Source: Alloascoidea hylecoeti (lineage: Eukaryota). From it: DNA of 64,000 nt. A program made the position numbers and the translations under genes. Positions 10,904 through 23,333 of this stretch are shown here, piece after piece. Location: assembly GCA_001600815.1 (NCBI GenBank), contig BCKZ01000004.1, positions 372,001 through 436,000 of the forward strand. Direction: 5' to 3'. The notes under the pieces were generated by a model. The model searched no databases. It was given only the letters and a program-made list of their open reading frames with translations, and was not told where the DNA came from. The stretch's first letter is position 1; each line of letters opens with the position of its first letter.

Positions 10904-12868
10904 ATGGTAGTAGATCCTTCAATTAAAGACATTATCTTACCACCAATTACTTTCGAACCTCCATCCGAAGATATTGCTGTTGAGACAGTATATGGCAAGC
11001 TTAAAGCAAATCCAGAGCACCTGAGATCCAATGATCTAAATGTGTTGGCATCTGAGTGGATCTCTTCCTTCAACTCTGCTTTAGAGGGTGTATATACTGA
11101 TTCAAATGAACAATCCAAAAAGACATTGCAAGCCCATTTTGCTCCACACGGTACCTGGAAAGATCATTTAGGATTTGAGTTCGACCTTCATACTTTCAGC
11201 TCCGATGTGAAAATCATTGACAAGATTGTTAAATTTAAAGATTCATCTGCAATCGGTAGTTTTGCACAGGATACTTGGGCAGATGGCAAGCATTACCCCA
11301 ATGGTGTTAAATTGAGTACATTACATCCTGCTACTGAAAAGGCCCCTCCAATTGAATGGTTGCATGTTTTTATTACATTCAAAACAAAGTTAGGTCATGG
11401 TAAGGGTGTTCTCAGATTAATATCAGTTGATGATGAAACGGCTATTAATGGTCTCAAGGCTTTGTCCATTTATACAACTTTGGAAGGACTCAATGATCCT
11501 ACTGGTGAGCACGTTGAGAAGACTTTTGAGAATAGACCAAAGGGTGTTAATCATGGTCAAAACATTGGTAGAAAATCTTGGTTAGAAAAAAGAAAAGAAG
11601 CTTTAACGGTAGGCGAAGGAAATGAGCCTACCGTATTGATTATTGGCGGAGGTCAAGGTGGCCTTACTTGTGCTGCTCGTTTACAAACTTTTGGAATTAG
11701 ATCCTTGATCATTGAAAAAAATCCAAAAATTGGTGATAACTGGAGAAATAGATATAAGTTTTTAGTTCTACATGATCCCATTTGGTATGATCATTTACCA
11801 TATATTCATTTCCCTGCAACGTGGCCAATTTTCACACCTAAGGATAAACTAGGTGATTGGTTTGAAGCATATGCTAAATCAATGGAATTGAATGTTTGGA
11901 ATGAAACAACAATTAAAAGTACGACATATCACCCGGAAACAAAGAGTTGGACTGTTGAAACTGTTAGTGTTCATGATCCTACTGATATTAAAGTTGTTCA
12001 TCCAAGCCATGTTATTTTGGCTACCGGTCAATTCAGTGAAGCAAATATTCCAAAATTCGAAGGATTAGAGAATTTCAAAGGAAAAGTCCACCATTCGTCA
12101 CAACATACAAGTGGTGCTGACTGGACAGGAAAGAAAGCCCTTGTTGTTGGATCTTGTAATTCTGCTCATGATATTTGTCAAGATTTTCATGAACAAGGTG
12201 CAAATGTTACAATGGTTCAAAGATCCAGTACTTGTGTTATATCTTCTACACATGGTGTTGCTAACCTTTGGAAAGGTGTTTATGAAGAAGATGGTCCACC
12301 AGTTGAAACAGCTGATATCATGTATTTTGGTGTTCCTTTGGTCCTCACAAATGCAATTGGTCAACAAATTTCACGAACAATTGCTGCTGGGGACAAGCCT
12401 TTGTTAGAAGGTTTAAAGAAGGTTGGATTTAAACTTGATTTTGGATATGCAGGTTCCGGTATTTCAGGAAAAGCCATGCGTCAAGGTGGAGGTTACTATA
12501 TTGATGTTGGTTGTTCCACATTGATTATTGACGGAAAGGTTAAAGTCAAGAATGGAGCTGTTGATCATTTTACAGAAACTGGAGTCGTTTTTAAAGATGG
12601 ATCTATTATTGATAACTTGGATATTGTTGTTTTGGCTACAGGTTTCAAGAGTTTAAAGGATACTGCAAGAGTCATGTTAGGTGATGCTGTTGCCGATAAA
12701 TTGAAAGATGTATGGGGATATGATGATGAAGGTGAAGTCAAAGCTATCTGGAGACCTTCTGGTCATGACCACTTCTGGCATATGGGTGGTAACCTTGCTA
12801 TGACAAGATATTACTCAAAGCGGGTTGCTCTTCAAATTCTTGCATCTGAATTTGGTTATACTGTTTAA
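10904..12868 (+). CDS. Flavin-containing monooxygenase, type II FMO-like, with long N-terminal extension
   Basis: GGGQGG FAD motif, FKGKVHHSSQH fingerprint variant, second Rossmann VVGSCNSAHD, and LATGF. About 240 aa precede the FAD motif. Confidence 0.9.
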   Translation: MVVDPSIKDIILPPITFEPPSEDIAVETVYGKLKANPEHLRSNDLNVLASEWISSFNSALEGVYTDSNEQSKKTLQAHFAPHGTWKDHLGFEFDLHTFSSDVKIIDKIVKFKDSSAIGSFAQDTWADGKHYPNGVKLSTLHPATEKAPPIEWLHVFITFKTKLGHGKGVLRLISVDDETAINGLKALSIYTTLEGLNDPTGEHVEKTFENRPKGVNHGQNIGRKSWLEKRKEALTVGEGNEPTVLIIGGGQGGLTCAARLQTFGIRSLIIEKNPKIGDNWRNRYKFLVLHDPIWYDHLPYIHFPATWPIFTPKDKLGDWFEAYAKSMELNVWNETTIKSTTYHPETKSWTVETVSVHDPTDIKVVHPSHVILATGQFSEANIPKFEGLENFKGKVHHSSQHTSGADWTGKKALVVGSCNSAHDICQDFHEQGANVTMVQRSSTCVISSTHGVANLWKGVYEEDGPPVETADIMYFGVPLVLTNAIGQQISRTIAAGDKPLLEGLKKVGFKLDFGYAGSGISGKAMRQGGGYYIDVGCSTLIIDGKVKVKNGAVDHFTETGVVFKDGSIIDNLDIVVLATGFKSLKDTARVMLGDAVADKLKDVWGYDDEGEVKAIWRPSGHDHFWHMGGNLAMTRYYSKRVALQILASEFGYTV

Positions 12869-12982
12869 AGATATATTTATTGAAATTTTTTTAACTACAA
12901 TTTATATAATGATAATAAAATAAAGAAGTATATTAATATTCATATAAAAGTATGTTTGTAGTAAAGTACTAATTTTTTAAAA

Positions 12983-13130
12983 CCGGGATTGACAATTTCA
13001 ATGCTAATAACTCTATGAAAAGCCACTTCGTAGAAATATGAAATAGCGACTTGTTCTGCCATGGTTTTGATCCTCAAGAAATTAAAATCTTATTTCCTAA
13101 AGTTTGACCTGGAACAATTCCACAACCCCA
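12983..13130 (-). mobile_element. Possible retrotransposon RNase H relic (Ty3/gypsy- or DIRS-like)
   Basis: Translates to WGCGIVPGQTLGNKILIS*GSKPWQNKSLFHISTKWLFIELLALKLSI, loosely matching GIGAVLxQ...IAFxS...ST.EKELLAI. Short and interrupted. Confidence 0.3.
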
Positions 13131-15622
13131 CAAATTTAAATTTATTTATTAAACTATATATTTATCGATAAAACTAATTTTTTACCGATCATACAAATCT
13201 ATTAAAATGTTTGTTCATGTTTAAGCTACTGACGTCACCTATAGTTAAGTTATATAATTACACTTTTTTTAAGCTTGGACGTGTTTTATTTGTCAAGTTT
13301 TCTACTTAATGATAACAGAAATATTAATGAAATTTATTTTCGATTCAAATACAGCGCTAGTTTGATAAGCTTCGAATTTAGATATCATATCTTTTTTAAA
13401 AATTAAGACACAAAATATATTCATAAAAAACAAATTTACTATTTCATATTCACCACCATTAATCTTGAATCCAAACCTGCAATTCACACTAATATTATTT
13501 GGTTTTGATGATCATTGACATTACTAAAGCTTCCATATACTCCTACAAGAAGCATATTTTAGATGGGATTCTCCGAAGCTCACTCAACTTTGTTACGATT
13601 AGCCTCCACAATATTTTACTATAATTTTTGTTCTCTCTTTGAGTTATTATATTTCCAATTGCAATATGTTATGCAATTGTGTGTAAACCCGTTTCTTTAC
13701 ATGGGTGCAATTAAGCATCAACTGCATTACACGGAAATAGGCCTCTCAATATTAGATATAGTCAATGGAATTCCGTAGTACTTCTACATGGGCACAATAT
13801 GTTCCTTATGCCTCGTATACATTCCAATTGAATTTGTAATTTCAATTATAATCGGGACCGGATGTATATTATAAAGCAGGTTAAAGTGCTATTTTATAAT
13901 TCATCTTAGAATTTGTAGATCCCTTAATAGTGGGTATCACTTGACGTTTAAATTTTTAGCAGTGACAAAGTTCTAGAAATTCTACAGCTGCCAAGGTGTT
14001 TAAAATTTCAATACTTTACGTTGCGCGCCCTGGTATTTATTTTTGAAATTTCTGAATAAAGTACGAAAGCGTTATGTATCTAGATATCAATCTAAGATTC
14101 TAAATCGATTTAAATACCCCATCTCAATTATTAAATTTCATCACAAAATATCAACTCTACCTTTATAAGGAACTTAAAATCTAACTTCGAGATAAGCTTT
14201 AAGATAGACTTTAATTTTACTCCACAAAAATGATTATACGTAATTTATAACAAAAGGTGCAATTTATTATTTGATTACAAATATCATATATTTAATATCA
14301 TAAAATATGGTTACATTCAAATTGGTTAAAGATTTATAAAATCATCAGCTGCATGATTTATACGAGTTAAAACAGAATTGTCTAGAACTTAAAAGAATAA
14401 ATGTATCAATATCAATATCCGCGTTTTGTAGTTAAATTTAAGATTAACTGTATATAGGTATTCTATTAGACTATATAGCTCATTTAGAATTAAATAAACA
14501 AATAATATGACCTAATTGAAGCAACATAAATGCATAAATATAGGAGAATATTCTCTCCTATTTCATCTTCTCAAACGCGGATATAAATATTAGTGCTTAA
14601 AGATTATCCTAAACTAATAAGGAATACTTTTTCGTTTTTGTTTAATTTTAAAATTATTATTTTATTAAGATAATACATGCTAATATAAAAAATATACCAA
14701 ATTTAAAAGATTAAATTTCAGACACAATTGTAATTTCAAACTCGAGATTTTCTTAAAAAAATTATAAATAAATAAATAAATTTAATACAGAATAATGAAA
14801 AAAATAAATTAAGTAAGTAAGTTAGTAAGTAAGTAAGTTAAATAGAATATAAACTTTAGTAAATAAGTAAATTTAAAAAAGATGCAATATAAATCAAAAA
14901 ATAGTATCATATAGTTAAGTATTTGAAATTGAATTCATCAAATATAATGTTATAAAATAATCAAAAAAAAAAAAGAACCAAATTAAACAACCAAACTATA
15001 TAATAATAAAAATTACAGTCGACATAAAATGAAGATCAATTGTAAGATAAATAAAAATACCAAATATGAATCTCCTTAAAGTTTTATAAATAATAATAAA
15101 AATATCAGAATTGAAAAAAAGACCGCGCACGTATGAGAGCAGTCTAGAGTATCATAACCCATAAAATAATAATATAGCAAATCAACGTAATGAATTGCAA
15201 TATTCAATTTCAAATGAATTATTAATAAGAACGACTTAGACTTACATTTTATGAATATGAATCAATAATACAAACACTTTCCCAAATATTTTGTGTTGTT
15301 TATTGTGATTATATGAGAGAGTATGTGATGTGGGGTGATGGAGAATGATAAAGTACAAAAACATATCGAATGTGTTTTTAGTGGTCGTAACATCATGAAT
15401 GAATTAGCTATAGATATAGCAATAGGATGTAATATTTTAATAGGATGATATTTTAATAGTTTGTGGGTTTCTTTTTGTAACCAGGATAACAAATAAAAGA
15501 TAATCATTATTTATAGGGATAAGGAAATATTACCCCATATAATCAAAAAAATAATAATGAAAAAAGGGGGATAACAGGAGACATTCAATCAGATCCTGTA
15601 CCGAGATTTGATCTATTAAAAC

Positions 15623-17239
15623 CTAATTTCTTCTGAAATTATTTAATAATGAAGAATTAAAAGGTGATGGACCTGAAGGTAGAATTCCTTTTGTATTATT
15701 CATATTAGTTCCTCCTAAATTATAATTTTTAATTGCTAATTGACCTAATAAACCACCAGAATTAACAATTACTGGAGGTATATTTTCATCTTCTTCATGT
15801 ATTGGACCAAAAGTTAATTGTTTTTGTCGTGATATAGACAGCGATGGTAACGATGATGATAATTTAATTGAAGGTTCGGGTTTAGGAGAAGTTATACGAT
15901 TTAAATAATCCTGCATGTCGATCATTTCATTTGGATTCATTGGATTAGATACCATTAGTTTATTATTAAGTAGTTTAACAGCGATTTTTTCAGATGAGCC
16001 ATTTGGTAAATTGACTGTGTAATTTTTTAAAGATTGGGATGCGTTTGAAGAATGATGACTTGATAAATTTAAAGGCGGTTTAGCCGCTTTTTGTAAAGGC
16101 ATCGGAGAGACTGCAGGGGTTGATAAACCTACCCCATAATTTGCGAATCTTGAAAGCATTGAACCAACGCTTTTATCTAATATTGTAGAAGTTGAATTTG
16201 GTGAAGATACTGCTGAAGTCACATCAGTGTCAAAGGATTCTTCAAGTCTTGCCTCATCAAAAGCAGCCATTAAAGAAGGTAATTCACTTGTAATAGATTT
16301 ATTAGTTGTTGAAGAAACATCCGAGGAAATTGAAGAACGAGACCATTGTTTTCTTAGGCCAAATGAATGCATTCCTTGAGGACCCCATGCAGAAGAAACA
16401 GAGCCGCCTCGTTTATATGCAGTGGAAGATGGAGGATGTAGTGGTTCTTCACTGTCTACCGAGGAGTCACGATCACCTTCAAAATATTCACCATATTGTG
16501 GTTCTTTACGAGATGGAGGACCTTCAATTTTATTTGCATCAGAAGATTGTGAAGTATTGAATACGTGAAACATTCGTTCTAAATCTTTAACAATTTGTAC
16601 CATTTCTTGTTGAACTTCTTCATAAGGAGAGTTTTCCATTTCTCTTAATAGACTTGAAACAAAGGATCTATATGCAGTAACTATGGGTGATGCCTTTTGT
16701 CCCTCCTGTTTTGTTTTTGAATCGATTTTATCAAATATAGCAGACAATTCATGGTTCATTTTAATTAAAGATGCTCTTATCATGGCGAGTTCTAGAATAG
16801 ATTGAAGTTCATTATACCTTGTAATTATACGTAAGATAAGACCTGTAAGTAAAGCGGAAGAGTCTGTGAAATGATATTCCAGTTTCATTACAGATGTTTT
16901 CAATTGTTCAATATTCCAAGATTTAGTATCATCTAGAATTTCTTGGGAGCGGTTTGCAACGACCGATGCCACGTCTTTACCAAAAGATCTAGATTCGGCT
17001 GCAACGTTGAAGTCATAATTATTGAGGGTACAAAAGCGCCATCCATTTGTTTCTTTTAAGTAGTTTTCGAGTGCCGTGAGGATATTTGCAGCGGCCAAAC
17101 ACTCGTCTTGTTCCCGTGGGGAGAAGTGACTTGAGGAAGAAATGAGCTCCACCTCTCGGGTTGTTATTGAGTCATTTTTAACAATATCCAGAATGGGGTC
17201 CGTATAGTTGCAAGAAGATATTGGGACGAGTTCGGACAT
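15623..17239 (-). CDS. Mdm36-like mitochondrial distribution/morphology protein (tentative)
   Basis: 538-aa intact ORF with a helical N-half, a Ser-rich C-half and the segment KSITSELPSLMAAFDEAR, reminiscent of Mdm36. Family assignment is from memory. Confidence 0.5.
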   Translation of the reverse strand: MSELVPISSCNYTDPILDIVKNDSITTREVELISSSSHFSPREQDECLAAANILTALENYLKETNGWRFCTLNNYDFNVAAESRSFGKDVASVVANRSQEILDDTKSWNIEQLKTSVMKLEYHFTDSSALLTGLILRIITRYNELQSILELAMIRASLIKMNHELSAIFDKIDSKTKQEGQKASPIVTAYRSFVSSLLREMENSPYEEVQQEMVQIVKDLERMFHVFNTSQSSDANKIEGPPSRKEPQYGEYFEGDRDSSVDSEEPLHPPSSTAYKRGGSVSSAWGPQGMHSFGLRKQWSRSSISSDVSSTTNKSITSELPSLMAAFDEARLEESFDTDVTSAVSSPNSTSTILDKSVGSMLSRFANYGVGLSTPAVSPMPLQKAAKPPLNLSSHHSSNASQSLKNYTVNLPNGSSEKIAVKLLNNKLMVSNPMNPNEMIDMQDYLNRITSPKPEPSIKLSSSLPSLSISRQKQLTFGPIHEEDENIPPVIVNSGGLLGQLAIKNYNLGGTNMNNTKGILPSGPSPFNSSLLNNFRRN

Positions 17240-17589
17240 TTTTTATGATGCTTCTAGCGTGGAGTGGAGAGCAACAAGGAATGGGACTAAATATATATTT
17301 TTGCAGGTTTTAGAAGTCAGCTCACTTGCATAATAAATTTGCATTTATCAGGCTAGATGCGTTTAGGCGCGCATTAATAAGATTCGGATGCTTAATAAGT
17401 AGATGAATTCGCATGCAGTGAGTGTGTGCATTTGGCACTAATTTCGACAATCACGCTATTTCCCGGGAGACTGCGGAGTTTTCTGTCGTTGACTACGGCC
17501 GTTTATTACTGTATATTCACACTCTCTAATTGGTCCTTGCTATTTTTACTGCCAATTCGGATTTCCGAGAATATCTATTAAAACAGTAC

Positions 17590-18816
17590 TTATCCTTCAA
17601 TTTTCTGTTCTGCTATTTGTTCTGCTATTTGTTCAATTTTCTGCTCAATTTGTCTACTCTCTAGTTCTTCTTCCTCTTCGCTTTCTGTCCTTTGTTTGGT
17701 CTTTTCTTCACCTTTTAGTCCACTTTCTTCCACTTCTGCCATTTCTTGTAGATACTTTTGTTCAATTTCCTGCCTCCATTCCGTCTCAGTCTTGCCTTGC
17801 AGCAACGCAACGATCATGAATGTCATATTATCGCACCCAATCCCACTCATGTTGGAACTTGGCGCCAGACATTTATCACACATTTGTTCGCAAATAGCCC
17901 ACAACTCTTCTCCGGCAGCTATTTGTTGCCGAACAAAATCAACAGCTTCCTGAGATGAAACCGCATCCCAAATCCCGTCACACGCAAGTATTAAAAATTC
18001 ATCATCTGGGGTCAATCCACGTTCAATCACATCAGGCAATGCAGTCACGGGTTGTTCTTCAGGAGATAAATGGGGCTTATCTTTAAATCTAAAATCTCCA
18101 ATGGCTCGTGATAATGCTAATAATCCGCGTACTCTGTCGGCTTCCACAAAATCCTGGGCTGCTTGTATTCTTAACTTCTCTCCTGGATGACTGGGTTTGT
18201 GATCATATGATAACGGTTTAGCATGACCATTCACACTCAACACCGTTCGCGAATCTCCAACGTTGGCTGCGATTATTCTATTTCGTGTTATTAAACATGT
18301 AGTAGCTGTACACCCCGATGTATCATCTTTTAATTCATCTTGTTGTAATATATTCCTATCCATCGCGATAAAAGCCCTTTGTAAACACAAACCATATTTC
18401 CTTATTTTGAAACTTGATTGTTGGACTACTTCATATCCTAATTGCTGACTGGTATAATTGGCCACCTTGTCTCCTCCATGACCATCAAGAACTCCAAAAT
18501 ACGCCACTACTTCTTGCTCTTCTTCTTTTGTATTCTCATCTTTATTCGTATCATTATTATAACTTGTAATGTATCCCCTTTTCAACGATTTTGGTAGAAG
18601 TGAGAGATCTAAGTGTGCAATATGAGCATCTTCCATTGACACACGCCATCCTTGCATCGAGGAAACGGCATATTTTAGAAAATCACTACCTCCTGTTTCA
18701 GTATCCTATGAATCAAGGAAATCCTCAAGTTAGATAATGCTAACGCCCATATAATATTTTATCATGAATCATTTACTTACTTTTTCGACAACAGGTTGGC
18801 TTAAAATTACTCCCAT
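17590..18816 (-). CDS. PP2C protein phosphatase (Ptc2/3/4 group); exons 18816-18781 and 18705-17590
   Basis: Spliced N-terminus MGVILSQPVVEK|DTETGGSDFLKYAVSSMQGWRVSMEDAH across a 75-nt GTAAGT..TAG intron. DGHGG, NVGDSR, ALSRAIGD, DGIWD and CDN motifs. Adjacent to TPS1, like S. cerevisiae PTC4. Confidence 0.92.
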
Positions 18817-19286
18817 TATAATATGTAAAGTGAAAGACTGATGCTTGGTGGCACATTTCTAGAAAACCAAAAAAGTTCACCCACTATAAATTATAAACAT
18901 AGTGGTGTCGACTTAACCTTACATTATCATTTTGACATATTTTTTAAGCAGATTCTATTTATTTATTTATTCATAATTGTATATAAATTCTATTAAGATG
19001 AAATAAGATGAAATAATAAAATAATATTCATTAATGAATTACATTTCCTTTAAAATTTATATGTTGCTTAGCAACAATTATAAGTATTAATATCGCGGGC
19101 TCTATTATGTAATTTAAAAAATAGATTTATAATCTTTAATATCGTTGAAATTTAACTTATAACCCTAGTTTATAATGAAATTAAATCAAAATCATAATCA
19201 TAAATTCATAAATGAAATTGTTTGCAATTATAAGCGTTATGCAAATGTATTATTTTAATTGTTAATGTGATGGACGGCAACATGTA

Positions 19287-20738
19287 TTATACTTGTAATT
19301 GTGTAACATGTTTCCTTCTCGAAGCTTTATTTAACCTAATCAATTCTTTAACAAATGATTCGCCCCAATAACCACTTGTATATTTTGAAATATATTTAAA
19401 TAGTTTTTCATGATTACTTTTCTTTTTTTCTTCTGGTAATGTAATAGATTCATAAAATGCTTCACTTAATTCTTCTGTATTCCATGGATTAACAATAATA
19501 CTACCATTTAATGATTGAGCAGCACCAGTAAATTCGCTTAATATTAATGATCCATTATTATCATTTTGACATGCAATATATTCATATGATACTAAATTCA
19601 TACCATCTCTTGTTGATGAAACACAACAAACATCACTGATATAATATAGTGCAACCAATTCTTCAAAAGTGACGGATTTATGTAAAAAATGAATTGGAAC
19701 AAATTCAACTGTACCAAATTTTCCATTAATTCTACCAACTAATTCACTAACAACTGACCTCAAATTTTGATATTCTTCAACATCTCCACGACTTGGAACA
19801 GCAACTTGTACCAAAACAACTTCACCAACACATTCTGGATGATCATCTAAGAAAGTTTCAAAAGCATGTAATTTTTGTGGTACTCCTTTAATATAATCTA
19901 ATCTATCAACTCCAACAATAACTTTGAAACCTTTGAATTTATTTTGTAATACTTTAATTCTTGTTTGAACCGTTGAAGTTTTTAACGCTTCTAAAAATTT
20001 GTCAACATCAATTCCAATTGGGTAAGCACTAACAACCACATCTCTACCTTCATATTCAACACCATTGGGTAATGTGTTAACATCTAAAATTCTTGAAACA
20101 CTTGATAAAAAATGTCTAGCATAATCATAAGTATGAAATCCTAATAAATCACAACTTAAAACCCCTTGTAATATTTCTTTTCTAACTGGTAAAATTCTAT
20201 AAATTTCTGAAGATGGGAAAGGGGTATGTAAAAACCAACCTAATTGAACATTTTTTCTTTTATGATTATCAATTAAACTTCGTAGCATTTTTGGCATCAA
20301 CATTAAATGATAATCATGAACCCAAACCATATCATTATCATCAACGAATTCAGAAACAACGTTTGCAAACTGTTGATTTGCCGTTATATAAGCAGCCCAA
20401 GATTCTTCATCAAAATCCATTTCTCCTGGATGATAATGAAACAATGGCCATAATATTGAATTACTGAAACCATTATAATGTAAATCTGCAATTGAATCTG
20501 TTAAGAAAACAGGAATACAACTAAAATTCTCTAATAAATCCTTCGATACTTTAGCTTGTTCATTTAAAGGGATTTCTAATCCTGGCCATCCAAACCATTT
20601 AAATGACGTTGATTTTTTAAGACCTTGTAGTGCCGTTACTAAACCTCCTGATGACATTGAATATGTATATTCTCCCTTTTCATTACGTTTAATTGTAACT
20701 GGCAAGCGATTTGATATAACTAAAACATTAGCTCCCAT
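19287..20738 (-). CDS. TPS1: Trehalose-6-phosphate synthase
   Basis: SNRLPV, SSGGLVTAL, WVHDYHL, FLHTPFPSSE, GVDRLDYIKG and RDGMNLV motifs; 483 aa. Confidence 0.97.
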   Translation of the reverse strand: MGANVLVISNRLPVTIKRNEKGEYTYSMSSGGLVTALQGLKKSTSFKWFGWPGLEIPLNEQAKVSKDLLENFSCIPVFLTDSIADLHYNGFSNSILWPLFHYHPGEMDFDEESWAAYITANQQFANVVSEFVDDNDMVWVHDYHLMLMPKMLRSLIDNHKRKNVQLGWFLHTPFPSSEIYRILPVRKEILQGVLSCDLLGFHTYDYARHFLSSVSRILDVNTLPNGVEYEGRDVVVSAYPIGIDVDKFLEALKTSTVQTRIKVLQNKFKGFKVIVGVDRLDYIKGVPQKLHAFETFLDDHPECVGEVVLVQVAVPSRGDVEEYQNLRSVVSELVGRINGKFGTVEFVPIHFLHKSVTFEELVALYYISDVCCVSSTRDGMNLVSYEYIACQNDNNGSLILSEFTGAAQSLNGSIIVNPWNTEELSEAFYESITLPEEKKKSNHEKLFKYISKYTSGYWGESFVKELIRLNKASRRKHVTQLQV

Positions 20739-21011
20739 TTTTGTTTTTGTGTGGTATAAAAGAAGGATCTAAATTTTTTGCTTAATTAAAAAGTTGCTTA
20801 AATCTAATCTTTTCGGATCCGGAGATATAAAGTTAACATCCAGACATTTTTCATCTTTTGGTTTGGCACGAATAGAAAATAATTGGCATTGTGGGACTTA
20901 ACATATATGACGCAAAAGTTATCATGTGATTTGGTTGCCAGCCCATTTTAGTTTATCTATCCCTGCCTTCTTGTACCTTTTAATACCAAACCATCAAAAA
21001 AAAAAAAAAAA

Positions 21012-23333
21012 ATGCTCCAAGAAGACTACGAATTTGAATTCGATGAAAGTGGGAGAATAATAGGTGTTTCAACTCTGACTCCAACTGCAACCGCAAATAC
21101 TATTGATAATACTCAGGATAATTCGTTTAGTGAACAATATTCAAATATTTATTACGACAATGTTGATTATGATCAAAACGAAGAAGTTGATGATGAAGAC
21201 GAAGATGAAGTTGATCTTAGTGATATTATTGAATTATTACAAGAAGAGTTTCCTTATTTACAATCAGGTGATATCTTATCAATTTTAAGCAATCATTTAC
21301 AATTAGCGATTACTGATAATAAAAATAAAATATTTGATGTAAATCCTTTTAATAGACCTGATTTACATGAAATTTTTCAAAATGTTAATTTTAAATCAGT
21401 TAGGGAAGAATTAAATGATATTCAATATGAGAAAATGACAAAAGAAAAGGGTGCTAAAAGAAATGATGATAATACATATGGATTTATTAGTTGTGACGAT
21501 GATGAATATGAATACGAAAGTGATTTATATGGGGAAGATGAAGCAATTATTGATATAACTAAAAGATTACAAAACCAATCTATTGATGATGAAGAAACAT
21601 TAATGGAAGAGTGGTATGCTACAGAAGATAAAAGAAATGAATTAATTGGAAAACTTTTAAATTCCGAAAAGGAGAAGAGTCCTATTAACAAAAATAGAAA
21701 GGGGAAAAAGGGAAAGAAAGCTCGTAATAAGCAAAAGAAAAGTAAAGTTGAAGTAGCAAAACATGAAGATGAAAAAGAAAATAATGATCCAATATCAGAT
21801 TCTCAATCAAAATTACTTGAATTTAAGAGAATACTAGACACAGATAAAAATGATACACAAACACAACCCCAAATAAATTTAACAATACCAGAATTTGATT
21901 CAAAACAAAACTCAAATTTAGATTTTTTGATAAATTCTTTCCCAAAAACTGATATTGTTATTATAAAATTTACTTTTCAACAAAATAATTATAATATTGA
22001 ACAAACAATTGATGATTTATTATTTTTTGAAAGTTATCATAAAGGTGAAAGTAATAATGAAAATAATAAAGATAAATGGACTTTTGTTAAAATTGGTAAA
22101 ACTGCAAATAATAAAGAAGAGAATTCAATTTCTTTTGATACCCCGTCAAAAAAGACTAAAAAAACTAAAAAATCAAAAAGCAAAATAATTGATAAATCAA
22201 ATGATTTTACAAATATTAAATTATCAAATGGAGCAACTATTAAATTAAGTAATAAAAATACTATTGGTTTAAATACAATTAGAAAAGAATTTCTACCTAA
22301 TTATAATGATTCTTCAAAAAATTCAATAACATGGAATGAAATAGATTTAAAATCAAATGAACTTATTAATTTATTATGTATTAAAAAAGAAAATTCAAAA
22401 TCAATTCTTTTAAAATATAATAATATAATAGGTTTATCATTAATTGGAATAATTCGTTTTAGATATTTAAAATTAAAAGAACAACAACAACAAATAAATT
22501 CAACAATAATTAATAATGATGATAATTCATTTAAAAATCAAATATATGATTTAGTTATTGTTGGTAATCCAGAAGCAAAATTAATTGATGTTGATTTTTT
22601 ATTTATAACTTTTAGAATATTATCACATTTACATTTAAATGATGATAAGAAACAAGAGATTGTTTTTGAAAAGTTATTTAAAATACTAACACATATTATA
22701 AAAGATGAAGTTCAACGATATACAAAATCCGAAATATGGAATAAGTTTATTCATATTGAACATTCCACTAATACTAATTCTAATACTAATACCAATGGTA
22801 ATACTAATACCAATAATAAAACTAAAACTAGACCTAAAACCAAAATATTACAGCAATCAAGTACAATCAATATTAAAGATACAAAATTTTCTAATGGTTT
22901 TCAAAAAGTTTCTTATTCAAAGTCAAATTCTAATTCACGTTCAAATTTATATCCAATTTCATATTCATATTCAAATCCCAATTCAGAAATGGAAAATGAG
23001 AAAAGAATATTAATCAACAACTGGTCACATCAAATTTCAAGATATCCAAAGAAATCAGATTCAAGAATTGATTTACATGGTATTTCTTATAGACTTGCAA
23101 TGGAAGCTATACAAGAAATTTTAATAATTTGGTGGAACAAAGAAAAAGAAAACAGAGATCATGGTAATTATACAACATTAACAATTATAACTGGTAAAGG
23201 TTTACATTCTGAAAATGGTATAGGGAAAATATCAAGTGGTGTTTATAGAACATTGACAAGATTAAGATTTAATTATGATATTCCTGAAGGTGGAGGATGT
23301 TATACTGTTTATGATAAGAAAAGACCTAAATAG
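21012..23333 (+). CDS. CUE2: CUE- and Smr-domain endonuclease (no-go decay factor), Cue2-like
   Basis: CUE-like motifs LQEEFP and LINSFPKTD; C-terminal Smr domain RIDLHG...IITGKGLHS. Confidence 0.8.
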   Translation: MLQEDYEFEFDESGRIIGVSTLTPTATANTIDNTQDNSFSEQYSNIYYDNVDYDQNEEVDDEDEDEVDLSDIIELLQEEFPYLQSGDILSILSNHLQLAITDNKNKIFDVNPFNRPDLHEIFQNVNFKSVREELNDIQYEKMTKEKGAKRNDDNTYGFISCDDDEYEYESDLYGEDEAIIDITKRLQNQSIDDEETLMEEWYATEDKRNELIGKLLNSEKEKSPINKNRKGKKGKKARNKQKKSKVEVAKHEDEKENNDPISDSQSKLLEFKRILDTDKNDTQTQPQINLTIPEFDSKQNSNLDFLINSFPKTDIVIIKFTFQQNNYNIEQTIDDLLFFESYHKGESNNENNKDKWTFVKIGKTANNKEENSISFDTPSKKTKKTKKSKSKIIDKSNDFTNIKLSNGATIKLSNKNTIGLNTIRKEFLPNYNDSSKNSITWNEIDLKSNELINLLCIKKENSKSILLKYNNIIGLSLIGIIRFRYLKLKEQQQQINSTIINNDDNSFKNQIYDLVIVGNPEAKLIDVDFLFITFRILSHLHLNDDKKQEIVFEKLFKILTHIIKDEVQRYTKSEIWNKFIHIEHSTNTNSNTNTNGNTNTNNKTKTRPKTKILQQSSTINIKDTKFSNGFQKVSYSKSNSNSRSNLYPISYSYSNPNSEMENEKRILINNWSHQISRYPKKSDSRIDLHGISYRLAMEAIQEILIIWWNKEKENRDHGNYTTLTIITGKGLHSENGIGKISSGVYRTLTRLRFNYDIPEGGGCYTVYDKKRPK

